Shown here in pieces: positions 9,903 to 20,700 of a stretch of 32,000 nt of DNA. The position numbers and the translations under genes were made by a program. The notes beneath the pieces are model-generated. The model was not told the DNA's origin. It did not search any database and saw only the letters and a program-made list of their open reading frames with translations. Each line of letters opens with the position of its first letter. Position 1 is the first letter of the stretch. Where the stretch lies: the sequence record CM040116.1. One strand, given 5' to 3'.

Positions 9903-10709
9903 ATGAATGTAATAACAAATTGTCTGCGTGATAAAAATCCTTCTTGTGCTTTAGTTCCGTTTATTACAGCAGGTTATCCAAATATTAGTATATGTATACA
10001 AGCTTTAAAAGTTTTAGATAAAAAAGGAGCAGATATTATTGAATTGGGCATACCTTATTCTGATGCTTTAGCAGATGGTCCAATTATTCAAGAAGCATCT
10101 GAGATTGCTTTACAGCAGGGAATATATATTGAACAAGTATTATACATCTTACAAACAGTAATACCTGATATAAGTGCTCCTATAATTATATTTACTTATT
10201 ATAATCCTATTTTGGCTAGAGGGGTTGATAAGTTTATTCGCGAAATTTCTTCATCTGGTGCCAAAGGATTAATTATTCCAGATTTACCATTAGAAGAAGT
10301 AGATTATATGATAGAATTATGTGATTTTTATGGTATAGAGTTAGTATTATTTATTGCTCCAACTAGTTCAGAATCTAGAATTCAGTCAATATTATCTAAA
10401 TCACCTGGATGTATTTATTTAGTTAGTAGCTATGGAGTTACAGGCTTCAGAGATAATATTAATTCGAAAATCAAGCATTTAGCTAATAGTATTAAAAGTA
10501 AAACAAATAAGTCAATAATGTTGGGTTTTGGTATTAATACTATTGGTCAAGTAGCACAAATTGTGAATTGGAATATAGATGGTATAGTTGTTGGTAGTGC
10601 TATGATTAATCAAATGAGGGGTAAATTACCACATGAAACGTTAGATTCATTAGGAAGATTTTGCCAACAATTGAAGTTTTGTATAAATACAGAAAGTACA
10701 AAAAAATAA
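9903..10709 (+). CDS. trpA: Tryptophan synthase alpha chain
   Basis: The motifs FITAGYP, ELGIPYSDALADGPIIQ and GFGI...VVGSA match TrpA, and the 268-aa length is typical. Confidence 0.9.
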   Translation: MNVITNCLRDKNPSCALVPFITAGYPNISICIQALKVLDKKGADIIELGIPYSDALADGPIIQEASEIALQQGIYIEQVLYILQTVIPDISAPIIIFTYYNPILARGVDKFIREISSSGAKGLIIPDLPLEEVDYMIELCDFYGIELVLFIAPTSSESRIQSILSKSPGCIYLVSSYGVTGFRDNINSKIKHLANSIKSKTNKSIMLGFGINTIGQVAQIVNWNIDGIVVGSAMINQMRGKLPHETLDSLGRFCQQLKFCINTESTKK

Positions 10710-10759
10710 TATATTTTAACATATACCTCTTAATTTACTTATTTACGATTGGGTATCAA

Positions 10760-10832
10760 TACCCCCAGGGGAATTCGAATCCCCGTTACCTCCGTGAAAG
10801 GGAGATGTCCTAGGCCTCTAGACGATGGGGGC
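10760..10832 (-). tRNA. trnE: tRNA-Glu (anticodon UUC)
   Basis: The reverse complement is GCCCCCATCGTCTAGAGGCCTAGGACATCTCCCTTTCACGGAGGTAACGGGGATTCGAATTCCCCTGGGGGTA. This is close to the plastid/cyanobacterial tRNA-Glu, including the G1-U72 pair. The anticodon loop is CTTTCAC. Confidence 0.92.
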
Positions 10833-10947
10833 TTTATTAATTTATCTATAGGCAGCATACACCGATATTCTTTTCCTATGACCATAGATTAATAAATTTC
10901 ATGAGTTATGTCAAGTTTTAGAGTGAAAAGAAAAATATAATAATTTT

Positions 10948-13596
10948 TTAATTATTTATATTTATAATTAAGCGTGAGCGCATAGTTAAGTATGTAACAG
11001 TTTGCCGTATATATGTAACCATATTAATAAATAAGGAAAAGGCTTCATTCTTATATTCTATTAAGGGGTCTTGTTGACCATAACTTCTCCATCCAATAGA
11101 TTCTCTTAGTAAAGCCATCTTGTCTAAGTGATCTTGCCATGCTTTATCTATTTGTTGTAATAAGTAATATTTTTCTAGTTTTCTAATTAATCCAGGTCTT
11201 AATTGTTCTAGATAACTTTCTCTAAGATCGTAACTAATACGTAATTGTTCATATAAGAATTCTTTAATTTGTTTGTAATTCATACTATTCCAAGTATCGA
11301 AGTTGAAATTTTCAGTTAAGTTCAGTAACTTATATGTTTTCTTTATAATCTGTTTTTTGTTTTGTATTTTATCTTCTTGACAAAATGTAATTAATATTTC
11401 TTCTATAGTGCTTTCAGCATATTCTATTATACAATCCCTAGTAAAGTTAGATTCTAATATTCTTTTTCTTTCTGCATATATTGCTTGTCTTTGGTTATTT
11501 ATTACTTCATCATACTGAAACAGCTGTTTTCTTATATCATAAAAATAAGATTCTACTTTTTTTTGTGCAGAATCCAGGCTTTTGTTTAATATAATAGATT
11601 CTATAGGAGTATCGTCATTAATATTTAAGTTCTCCATCAGTTGAGATATTTTATCTCCACCAAAAATTCTCAAAAGATTATCTTGTAAGCTTAGAAAAAA
11701 ACGTGATGCACCTATGTCTCCCTGTCTGCCTGCTCTCCCTCTGAGCTGATTATCTATTCTTCTTGATTCATGCCTTTCTGTTCCGATTACATACAATCCT
11801 CCCAATTGTAGAACTTCTTGTTTTTCATGATAACAAATTTCGTTATATTCATTCAGTATATTTAAATAAAGTTTATGTAAATTTTTTTCTTCGCTGTTTG
11901 TTATATCTTTATTGTTAATTACTTTCTCTATATAATTATCTACTTTTTTTATATCTACATTTCTGTCTTTATAAATATCCAATTTTTGTATATTCAGTAT
12001 ATAATTATTGATTATAGTATGAATTTTATTCTCGATCGTGTTGAGTGTGTATTTTACTTTTAATCCTAGTTCAGTTTGTAAATATTGGGTTAAGACAAGT
12101 TTTGATAAGGCTTCTGGGTTTCCGCCTAAGATAATATCTGTTCCTCTACCAGCCATATTTGTAGATATAGTTATATTTTTTTTTCTTCCTGCTTGTGTGA
12201 TAATTTCCGCTTCTCGTGCGACATTTTCGGGTTTTGCATTAAGTAAGTTAAAAGGTATTTTTAATGTTGTCAATATTTTTGCTAGTAATTCAGATTTTTC
12301 TACATTAGTTGTACCAATAAGTGTTGGTCGACCTATGTGATACATGTCAAAACATTCATTTGCTATGGACTGCCATTTTTTGTATTCTGTTTTATAGACT
12401 AGATCTGGTAAATCTTGTCTTCTGCATGGCTTATTTGTAGGCACTTCTATTACTTCGAGATTGTATATTTTATCTAATTCAGTTTCTTCTGTTTTAGCTG
12501 TGCCAGTCATGCCAGATAACTTTTTATATAATAAAAATAAATTTTGATATGTAATTGACGCAAGAGTTCTATTTTCTTGTTGAATAGTAATACTTTCTTT
12601 TGACTCAATTGCTTGATGTAGTCCATCGCTCCATCTTCTGCCTTGCATAATTCTACCTGTAAATTCGTCAACAATGATAATTTCATTATTTTTAACAATG
12701 TAATGTTGATTTTTTAAAAATAGTTCTTTTGCTTTTAAAGCGTTCAATATATATTGTATCCAGGAATTATTGATATTATAAAGGTTATCAATATTCAAAA
12801 TATTTTCGCATGTATTAATACCTTTTTCTGTTAGAGTAATATTTTTTGTTTTTTCATCTATTTGGTAATCTATATCGCTATTAAGTAAATTAGCTATAGA
12901 GGTGCATTTTTCATATTTATTTGCTTCTATATCAAAAGGACCAGATATAATAAGTGGTGTTCTTGCTTCGTCTATTAATATAGAATCTACTTCATCAATA
13001 ATAGCGAAATTAAAACCCCTTTGCACTATTTGATTAATATCTATTGCCATATTATCTCTAAGATAATCGAATCCTAATTCACTATTTGTAATGTATGTAA
13101 TATCACAATTATATGCTTGTTGTTTTTCTTCATAACTCATTGAATGTGTTACTAATCCTACTTTCAGATCTAGGTACGAACAGATTTTTTGAGCTAGTTC
13201 TGAATCTCGTTTAGCCAAATATTCGTTCACTGTAATTATATGTACACCTTGGTTAGTTAAAGCATTGAGGTAAGCTGTAGTAATAGCAACAATAGTTTTT
13301 CCTTCTCCTGTTTTCATTTCTGCTATTTTTCCTTGATGCAAGACAATACTGCCGATTAATTGTACATCAAACAAAGTCATGCTTGTAGATCTTTTAATTG
13401 CTTCCTTAATAGTTGCAAGAGATTCTGGCAATATTTGTCTTAAATCATATTTTTGATGCAGTTTTTTTTTCAGTTTTGTGGTTTGTTGTTGTAGTTTTAG
13501 ATTTGAGTAATTCTGTAATATATAACCTATTTGGTTAATTTCATTAATTGTATTTTGAAATTTATTTAACTTATTCTTTTTTAGAAAATTTAGCAT
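10948..13596 (-). CDS. secA: Preprotein translocase ATPase SecA
   Basis: The protein has the full SecA architecture, including MKTGEGKT (Walker A), DEVDSILIDEARTPLIISG, TNMAGRGTDI and RGRAGRQGD. I place the start at the internal Met (MLNFLKKNK..., 13596). This avoids overlap with ycf21 and gives about 882 aa. The ORF-track start at 13671 is an upstream in-frame extension. Confidence 0.95.
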   Translation of the reverse strand: MLNFLKKNKLNKFQNTINEINQIGYILQNYSNLKLQQQTTKLKKKLHQKYDLRQILPESLATIKEAIKRSTSMTLFDVQLIGSIVLHQGKIAEMKTGEGKTIVAITTAYLNALTNQGVHIITVNEYLAKRDSELAQKICSYLDLKVGLVTHSMSYEEKQQAYNCDITYITNSELGFDYLRDNMAIDINQIVQRGFNFAIIDEVDSILIDEARTPLIISGPFDIEANKYEKCTSIANLLNSDIDYQIDEKTKNITLTEKGINTCENILNIDNLYNINNSWIQYILNALKAKELFLKNQHYIVKNNEIIIVDEFTGRIMQGRRWSDGLHQAIESKESITIQQENRTLASITYQNLFLLYKKLSGMTGTAKTEETELDKIYNLEVIEVPTNKPCRRQDLPDLVYKTEYKKWQSIANECFDMYHIGRPTLIGTTNVEKSELLAKILTTLKIPFNLLNAKPENVAREAEIITQAGRKKNITISTNMAGRGTDIILGGNPEALSKLVLTQYLQTELGLKVKYTLNTIENKIHTIINNYILNIQKLDIYKDRNVDIKKVDNYIEKVINNKDITNSEEKNLHKLYLNILNEYNEICYHEKQEVLQLGGLYVIGTERHESRRIDNQLRGRAGRQGDIGASRFFLSLQDNLLRIFGGDKISQLMENLNINDDTPIESIILNKSLDSAQKKVESYFYDIRKQLFQYDEVINNQRQAIYAERKRILESNFTRDCIIEYAESTIEEILITFCQEDKIQNKKQIIKKTYKLLNLTENFNFDTWNSMNYKQIKEFLYEQLRISYDLRESYLEQLRPGLIRKLEKYYLLQQIDKAWQDHLDKMALLRESIGWRSYGQQDPLIEYKNEAFSLFINMVTYIRQTVTYLTMRSRLIININN

Positions 13597-13610
13597 ATTA
13601 ATAATTGAAA

Positions 13611-14141
13611 TTAGAAAAATGATATTATATAAGGAGAAAAAAATTCTTGTATGGTTGTGACAGGTTGGCATTCATGATATATAGTATATTTTCTACCCCA
13701 AATAGGTTCTGTACTATTAAATATATGTTCTAAATATGTAGAGTATACATAGTATATTTCATGTATGTCTTTATGAATATCTATTTGATGTTTTATTAAG
13801 GATTTCCCTATAGGTTGATTGCTTTTGAAAGTTTTGTATATTTTATTATTTATTTGTAATATCCAATTAGATTGAGCAAATGCGAGATTTCTTTTTGAAG
13901 TATCTTGTAAATAAACTTTTCTTGTTTTCATTTTCGATGTTATATATTGCCGTTTAATATACGTTGGGCAGGTTGTAATTTGTTGTCCTGTTAATGAGTT
14001 TAAATTTTGAGTAAATGATCCATCACTCATAAGTATAAATTTCCATTCAGGAGGGATTAAGTGATAGGTTTGCTTATTAAATAAGTCTAAATTATCTAGT
14101 GGTAGATTGATAATATAATTAAATGAATTAGATAAGTTCAT
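13611..14141 (-). CDS. ycf21: Conserved plastid protein Ycf21 (chorismate-lyase-like DUF564), tentative
   Basis: A 176-aa ORF immediately upstream of secA and co-oriented with it. The segment WKFILMSDGSFTQNLNSLTG resembles the conserved LLLSDGS.T..L motif of Ycf21. The identification is from memory only. Confidence 0.5.
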   Translation of the reverse strand: MNLSNSFNYIINLPLDNLDLFNKQTYHLIPPEWKFILMSDGSFTQNLNSLTGQQITTCPTYIKRQYITSKMKTRKVYLQDTSKRNLAFAQSNWILQINNKIYKTFKSNQPIGKSLIKHQIDIHKDIHEIYYVYSTYLEHIFNSTEPIWGRKYTIYHECQPVTTIQEFFSPYIISFF

Positions 14142-14211
14142 ATGTATTTTATTAATGCAATTTTTAAAATGATAATTTTTCTATTACATGTTTATAAAAA
14201 TTTATAAAAAA

Positions 14212-15765
14212 TTAATTATGTGTGATTATTTGTTCTCTTGTTAATAGCGATTTACCATTCATTTCAGTAGGAATATCTAAATTAAATAACTCTAAAATAG
14301 TTGGTGCAATATCTGCTAAATTGCCGTTATCTCTCAGATTACTTTTATCGATATTAGACTGATTAGGTGGTTCTGCTAATATAAATGGAACAGGATTAGT
14401 ACTATGAGATGTACATGGTTGATTAGATTCATCTAGCATATGATCTGCGTTACCATGATCTGCTGTAATTATAAGTGTATAGTTCATATGTTGAGATGTT
14501 GTCCAAATTTTGTTAATACATTTATCAATTGTATTAATGGCTTGTATAGTGGCTGCTAAATCCCCTGTATGCCCTACCATATCTGGGTTAGCGTAGTTTA
14601 TGACAATTAATGCATATATATTTTTATTTATAGCATTAATTGCACTTTTAGTTAATTCTTCAGCTGACATTTCAGGTGATAAGTCATAAGTTTCAACTTG
14701 TGGGCTTGGTATCAGTTGTCTATCTTCACCTGGGAAAGGTTCTTCAATACCACCATTAAAAAAATAAGTAACATGTGCATATTTTTCTGTTTCAGCTAAT
14801 CTCAATTGTTTTAAACTATGGTTAGAAATGATTTGTCCAATGAAGTTTATATTTTTTTGTGGGGGAAATAATGTTCTTATATTTAAACTAGGATCATATT
14901 GTGTCAGCGTAGCAATTTGTAAATTTTTGAATTTTTTTATATGAAATCCTTTAAATGTGGATTTAGTAAATGAATGTAGCAATTGGCGCATTCTATCTGG
15001 CCGAAAATTAAAAAATATAATACCATCATTATTTTCAATGTTTCCTTTGTACAATCTAGTGGGAGGTATGAATTCATCTGATATATTCTTATTATAATAT
15101 TCATGAATTTTTAATAAAGCATCTTTTGTATTTTCTGTATACTCCAAGTTATTATCGAGTAATACTTTATAAATTTTTTCTGTTCTAGACCAACGACAGT
15201 CCCTGTCCATACTATAATATCTTCCACTTAATGTACAAATGTTTATATTGTGTAATTCTTTAATATATTTGTAAATTTGTTCAATGAATATTTTTGCTTT
15301 ATATGGTGAAGTATCTCGACCATCTGTAATAGCATGTATGCAAACTTCAATATTATATTTTTTAACTATATCAAGTAGCGCAAATAAATGTGTAATATGA
15401 GAATGTACTCCTCCATTTGAGCAAAGTCCAATTAAGTGTAGTTTTGTATTATTCTTTTTAATTTGTTTGCAGATATTTTTAATAGTTTGATTATTAAAAA
15501 ATGACTTATCTTCAATAGATTTACTGATACGCACTAGATCTTGGTTAATAATTCTACCAGCTCCAATAGTTGTATGTCCTACTTCTGAGTTACCCATTTG
15601 TCCCTTAGGTAATCCTACATCTTGTCCTGAAGCATTTAATAAAGTATGCGGGTAATTTGACCATAATTTATCTATTGTAGGTGTGTTTGCTAGTTGAATT
15701 GCATTTCCTTTTGTCGTTTCTGAGTATCCCCAACCGTCAAGAATAGTTAAAATAATAGGTTTCAT
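14212..15765 (-). CDS. pgmA: 2,3-bisphosphoglycerate-independent phosphoglycerate mutase
   Basis: The motifs ILDGWG, MGNSEVGHTTIGAGR, GGVHSH, TDGRDT and ITADHGNA are the iPGM metal-binding and catalytic motifs. Confidence 0.9.
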   Translation of the reverse strand: MKPIILTILDGWGYSETTKGNAIQLANTPTIDKLWSNYPHTLLNASGQDVGLPKGQMGNSEVGHTTIGAGRIINQDLVRISKSIEDKSFFNNQTIKNICKQIKKNNTKLHLIGLCSNGGVHSHITHLFALLDIVKKYNIEVCIHAITDGRDTSPYKAKIFIEQIYKYIKELHNINICTLSGRYYSMDRDCRWSRTEKIYKVLLDNNLEYTENTKDALLKIHEYYNKNISDEFIPPTRLYKGNIENNDGIIFFNFRPDRMRQLLHSFTKSTFKGFHIKKFKNLQIATLTQYDPSLNIRTLFPPQKNINFIGQIISNHSLKQLRLAETEKYAHVTYFFNGGIEEPFPGEDRQLIPSPQVETYDLSPEMSAEELTKSAINAINKNIYALIVINYANPDMVGHTGDLAATIQAINTIDKCINKIWTTSQHMNYTLIITADHGNADHMLDESNQPCTSHSTNPVPFILAEPPNQSNIDKSNLRDNGNLADIAPTILELFNLDIPTEMNGKSLLTREQIITHN

Positions 15766-15942
15766 AGTATAAAATAAGAATGAAAATTTATAGAAATACT
15801 TTCTATTGAAAACAAAAATATTTTAATTATATTTATTAAGTAAATTTAAATCTATATTATCAAAAATATATATCTTCTTAACTATAATATATACTATTTT
15901 GATTTGAGTATTTTAATATAAAAAATTAAATTTTGTACAAAT

Positions 15943-15972
15943 AATATGCATACATAATTATATATGCATATT
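15943..15972. terminator. 10-bp stem-loop downstream of cpcA
   Basis: AATATGCATA (15943-15952) pairs with TATGCATATT (15963-15972) around a 10-nt loop, about 42 nt 3' of the cpcA stop on the minus strand. Confidence 0.45.
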
Positions 15973-16013
15973 GTTCTACTTTTAATAGTGATTTTATTAA
16001 ATTATAAATATAT

Positions 16014-16502
16014 TTAACTTAGTGCATTAATGGCATAGTCTAAATATGTATTTGCTTCATTGGCAGCTTGTCCTGAAAGACCATGGCTGTTTTTTATATA
16101 TTGTAATGCTTCTATATACCAGCTTGGTGATAGTTCAAAACTACGGTTAATTTCTTCCAATCCTGCTATTAGATATTCGTCCATAGGTCCAGTTGCTCCT
16201 ACAACAAGACAGTATGTTGTCATTCTTAAGTAGTATCCTATATCACGTGCACATTTTGCTTTTCCTATTGCACTAGATGCGTAAGTTGGTCCCGGCATCT
16301 GAGTAGTAAATGGAAATTTTGTATAAACAGATTGAGCAGCTCCTGTAATTAATCTTTGGGCATTACTTGTCAAAGATCTTGCCGCTTCTAAGCTAGATGC
16401 TGCTCTTTGGTAACGTCCATTAATTGATTGTAATTCGCCGTTGCTTAAGAATCTACCTTGGCTATCTGCTGATGCGACTGCTTCTGTTATAGGTGTTTTC
16501 AT
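16014..16502 (-). CDS. cpcA: C-phycocyanin alpha chain
   Basis: The translation [34 protein letters not shown]...[12 protein letters not shown]...[10 protein letters not shown] is canonical CpcA with the Cys84 bilin site. Confidence 0.95.
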   Translation of the reverse strand: MKTPITEAVASADSQGRFLSNGELQSINGRYQRAASSLEAARSLTSNAQRLITGAAQSVYTKFPFTTQMPGPTYASSAIGKAKCARDIGYYLRMTTYCLVVGATGPMDEYLIAGLEEINRSFELSPSWYIEALQYIKNSHGLSGQAANEANTYLDYAINALS

Positions 16503-16572
16503 AATTTTAATTTCCTTGTTTTATTTAATCATGCTGAGTTTAGTTATAGAATTTATTTATTATCATGAAGTT

Positions 16573-17091
16573 TTATACTACTGCAACAGCTGCTCTATCA
16601 AAGTATACTGCTAATTCAGCTATCAAAGAGCTACAATCTCCTGTAGTTATTCCATTGGAATCGTTTGCCACACTTACTGATGCTTCTTTCATTTTTTGTA
16701 TAGCAACAGCAACAGATGTTCCAGGAGTTCCTAAAGCCTGATATGTTTCCCGTAAACCATTTAAACATCTGTCATCTAATACACTTGAATCACCTGCAGT
16801 CATGGCGTAACTAACATATCTTAAAACAATTTCCATATCTCTTAAACAAGCTGCCATTCTACGATTAGTATATGCATTACCTCCAGGTTGCACAAGTTGT
16901 GGTTGTTCTGCAAATAAAGCGCGCGCAGAATTTGTTACAATAGAAGAAGCATTTGAATTAATTCTATTCACAATATCAAGTCTTTTATTACCTTCAGTGA
17001 CCATGTTTGCTAGAGCATCTAATTGTGTATTGCTTAAAAATTCTCCTCTAGCGTCAGCTTGCGCTACAACTTTAGCAAATGCGTCTAACAT
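16573..17091 (-). CDS. cpcB: C-phycocyanin beta chain
   Basis: The translation [27 protein letters not shown]...[21 protein letters not shown]...[10 protein letters not shown] is canonical CpcB with both bilin Cys sites. AAGGAG lies upstream. Confidence 0.95.
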   Translation of the reverse strand: MLDAFAKVVAQADARGEFLSNTQLDALANMVTEGNKRLDIVNRINSNASSIVTNSARALFAEQPQLVQPGGNAYTNRRMAACLRDMEIVLRYVSYAMTAGDSSVLDDRCLNGLRETYQALGTPGTSVAVAIQKMKEASVSVANDSNGITTGDCSSLIAELAVYFDRAAVAVV

Positions 17092-17284
17092 ATTAATATT
17101 CTCCTTGGACTAAAAATATTTGTAATAATTTAAAATAAAGAACTAACCTGAGATTTGTTATAGATAATAATATCTAAGTTTTAATTTATATTGATCAGCA
17201 CTTATTAAGTTATTATACTAATATATATTCATTTTTCTTTTACAAAATATTACAAGTATATTCTATCTGTAATAATTAATGAAT

Positions 17285-17506
17285 TTAATCACTTATAATT
17301 TCTGGCTGTTTTATTTCATCTACCATTTCTAGTATAGAGCGAATAATAGGTTTAATATTAGGGTCATCTATAATATCTAGGTCTTCATATTTCTTCCTTT
17401 TAGCGCGATTTGCTATTTGAATGGTTATTTTATAACGATTATTAGATATGTTTAACAACTCTTCTGTTCTGTATATCACTTCGTGTAGTTTTATTTGATT
17501 ATACAT
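17285..17506 (-). CDS. rpoZ: RNA polymerase omega subunit (RpoZ, Ycf61)
   Basis: A 73-aa protein. The segment NRYKITIQIANRAKR...KPIIRSILEM matches the conserved omega-subunit core (NRY.L...A.RAK). Confidence 0.7.
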   Translation of the reverse strand: MYNQIKLHEVIYRTEELLNISNNRYKITIQIANRAKRKKYEDLDIIDDPNIKPIIRSILEMVDEIKQPEIISD

Positions 17507-17745
17507 ATTAATAATTTAGTCTTATATATGCATCTTTTATTTTAATATATGTAATACTATACCAATAGTCATATTTTATTTGTAATGAAATACAATAAAA
17601 ATTTTTTATTTCTACTGTATTGTTATTAAGAGTTTGGATATTCTTTATACTTTATATCTATATAACTGTTAAAAACATTAATCCAGTTTCAATAATATAT
17701 GAATAATATATAATCTTAAATTAAAACAAAAAATAAAAATTACAT

Positions 17746-20700
17746 ATGCAAGCATCAAAATATTATAACTATCAATTGAATAACTTATATAAATATCCTT
17801 TTATGTTCTCTGAAAGAGATGCCTGTGGTGTTGGTTTTATAACTCGTATTGAACATGCGCCATCTCATAATATTGTGAAACAAGCTCTAAACTCATTGAA
17901 CTGTATGGAGCATAGAGGTGGTTGTAGTGCTGATCGAGTTTCTGGAGATGGAGCTGGAATTATGACTCAAATTCCATGGAGAATGTTGTCAGATTATGTA
18001 ACAGATCAAAAAATTAGTCAAATTGGTGTTGCTATGTTGTTTATGCCAAAAGATAAAATGGAATCTATCCAAAATATAGTAGAATGGGTTATTGGTTTAA
18101 ATGGTCTTGATTTTTTAAAATGGCGCATTGTTCCTGTTGATGAAAATGTATTAGGTGTTCAAGCTAAAGCTAATCAACCTTTAGTGATGCAATTTTTTGT
18201 ACGTTCTAAAAATTTGTTTGGTGATACATTGGAAAAGTCTTTATTTATTATAAGAAAAAAAATAGAAAAATTAATTTCCCAGTCTCATTTAAATCTTAAT
18301 AAACAGTTTTATTTTTGTTCTTTTTCTTCTCGTATTATTGTTTATAAAGGAATGGTTCAATCTCAAGTGTTATCTCAATATTATCTGGATTTATGCAACA
18401 TTAATTATGAAAGTAATTTTGCAATGTATCATAGAAGGTTTAGTACTAACACAATGCCTAAGTGGCCTTTAGCTCAGCCGATGAGATTTATGGCACATAA
18501 TGGAGAAATTAATACTTTATTAGGTAATTTGAATTGGATGCAATCAAAAGAATCGCTATTTCAACAAAGTTACGTTTCAGAAGATTTTGATTCTTTAAGA
18601 CCTATTACTAATTTTGATAATAGTGATTCAGCAAATTTAGATGCTGTATTAGAATTATTGATACAATCAGGTAAAAGTCCTCAAGAATCTTTAATGATTT
18701 TAATTCCAGAAGCTTATAAAAATCAACCAGCTTTAGAAAACTTTCCAGAAATTGTAGATTTTTATGAATACCATAATAGTCTTCAAGAGCCATGGGATGG
18801 ACCTGCTTTAGTTGTTTTCAGCGATGGTAAGATTGTTGGAGCAACTTTAGATAGAAATGGATTACGGCCTGCCCGCTATCTTATTACTAATAATGGTTTT
18901 ATTAGTTTGTCTTCGGAAGTTGGTGTTTTAGATAAAAATTTAGGTGAAATTACTCATAAAGGTAGGTTAGGTCCAGGCCAGATGATATGTGTTGATATGG
19001 TTAACAACTTAATTTTAGACAACTGGACTGTTAAACAATCTGTTGCTAATAAATTTCCTTATAAAAAATGGCTTGATACATACCAAAAATATCTACGACC
19101 AGAAAATTATATACAAGATTCTATGCTTGACTTTTCTACAATGATGCGTTTACATACAGCATTTGGTTATACCAATGAAGATGTAGAATTAGTGATAGAA
19201 CATATGGCGAGTTCAGCTAAGGAACCTACTTTTTGTATGGGTGATGATATTCCTTTAGCTATATTATCGGAAAAACCTCATTTACTATACGATTTTTTTA
19301 AACAACGTTTTGCTCAAGTAACTAATCCGGCTATTGACCCTTTAAGAGAAAGTTTAGTTATGTCATTAACAACTTATTTAGGATCTAAGGGCAATTTTTT
19401 AGAACCTAATGACTATATGGCTAAATCTATAAAATTAGATTCTCCTATTTTAAATGAGATTGAAATTAAGCAATTAAGTCAGTATGGTTTAGCTGTTTCT
19501 GTGATTAGTACGTTTTTTATTCAAGATTCAGATAATATTAATTTTATTAATAGAATTACAGAGATCTGTGAAAAAACGGTTCAATCAATATATCAAGGTT
19601 CTGAGATTATTATATTAAGTGACCGTCTAGATGTAATAGAAGAAAGAAAAGCGTTTTTACCACCATTATTAATAGTTGGTGCTGTTCATCATTATTTAAT
19701 ATCTCAGAATTTAAGACATAAGGTATCAATAATTGTTGAGACTGCTCAATGCTGGAGCACTCATCATTTTGCTTGTCTTATAGGTTATGGAGCAAGTGCT
19801 ATATGCCCATATATGGCATTTTTAACAGTTCGACAATGGTGGCATAATCCAAGAACCCAAAAATTGATGTCTATCGATAAGCTTTCTAAAATTACTCTAA
19901 CAGAAGCACAACATAATTATCGTTGTGCTATTGAAACAGGTTTATTGAAAATTTTATCTAAAATGGGAATTTCTTTACTATCTAGCTATCATGGGGCTCA
20001 AATCTTTGAGATATTGGGGTTAGGTAAAGATATAGTAAATTTGGCTTTTAAAGGTACAACTTCATCTTTGGATGGTATTACATTGAAAGAATTAGCTGTG
20101 AGTACAGTTGATTCTTATAAGAATATAATAAATTTGAAGAAATCTAAAAAGTTGCCTAATTTAGGATATGTACAATATAGACCAAGTGCTGAGTACCATG
20201 TAAATAATCCAGAAATGTCTAAAACATTACATAAGGCGGTTCGTAATCAAGATATTAATCTTTATAATAGGTACAAGAATTTGCTACAAGATCGCCCACC
20301 TACTAATTTAAGAGATTTATTAGACTTTGTAGGTGGTAAAAATTCAATAGTGATTGATGAAGTAGAATCAATTGATTCTATTGTCAAACGATTTTGTACA
20401 GGTGGAATGTCTTTAGGAGCATTGTCTCGTGAAACTCATGAAACATTAGCCATAGCTATGAATAGACTTGGAGGAAAGTCTAATTCTGGTGAAGGTGGAG
20501 AGGATCATAATCGTTTTTATCCTATAGTAGATATAGATTCTTCAGGTGTTTCTAATAATTTTTCTCATTTAAAAGGTCTGAAAAGTAATGATATTGCTAG
20601 TTCGGCTATTAAACAAATCGCATCTGGACGCTTTGGTGTTACACCTGAATATTTGATGAGTGCTAAACAGTTAGAAATTAAGATTGCTCAAGGAGCAAAA

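Noticed and set aside
10751-10764. Small hairpin GGGTA-TCAA-TACCC overlapping the 3' end of trnE
   Set aside because: The stem is only 5 bp and shares bases with the tRNA acceptor stem. It is most likely incidental.
12038-12698. The 100-aa ORF (12038-12340, + strand) and the 63-aa ORF (12507-12698, - strand, alternative frame) inside secA
   Set aside because: Both are fully embedded in the well-conserved secA coding region and have no recognisable domains. They are typical shadow ORFs.
13597-13671. 25-codon N-terminal extension of secA in the ORF track (MPTCHNHTRIFFSLYNIIFLISIIN)
   Set aside because: The extension overlaps the 3' end of ycf21 and is not SecA-like. The internal Met at 13596 (MLNFLKK...) gives the canonical SecA N-terminus and length.
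18608-18793. 61-aa antisense ORF inside gltB (a similar 85-aa one lies at 21468-21725)
   Set aside because: These are embedded antisense to strongly conserved gltB sequence and have no motifs. They are shadow ORFs.
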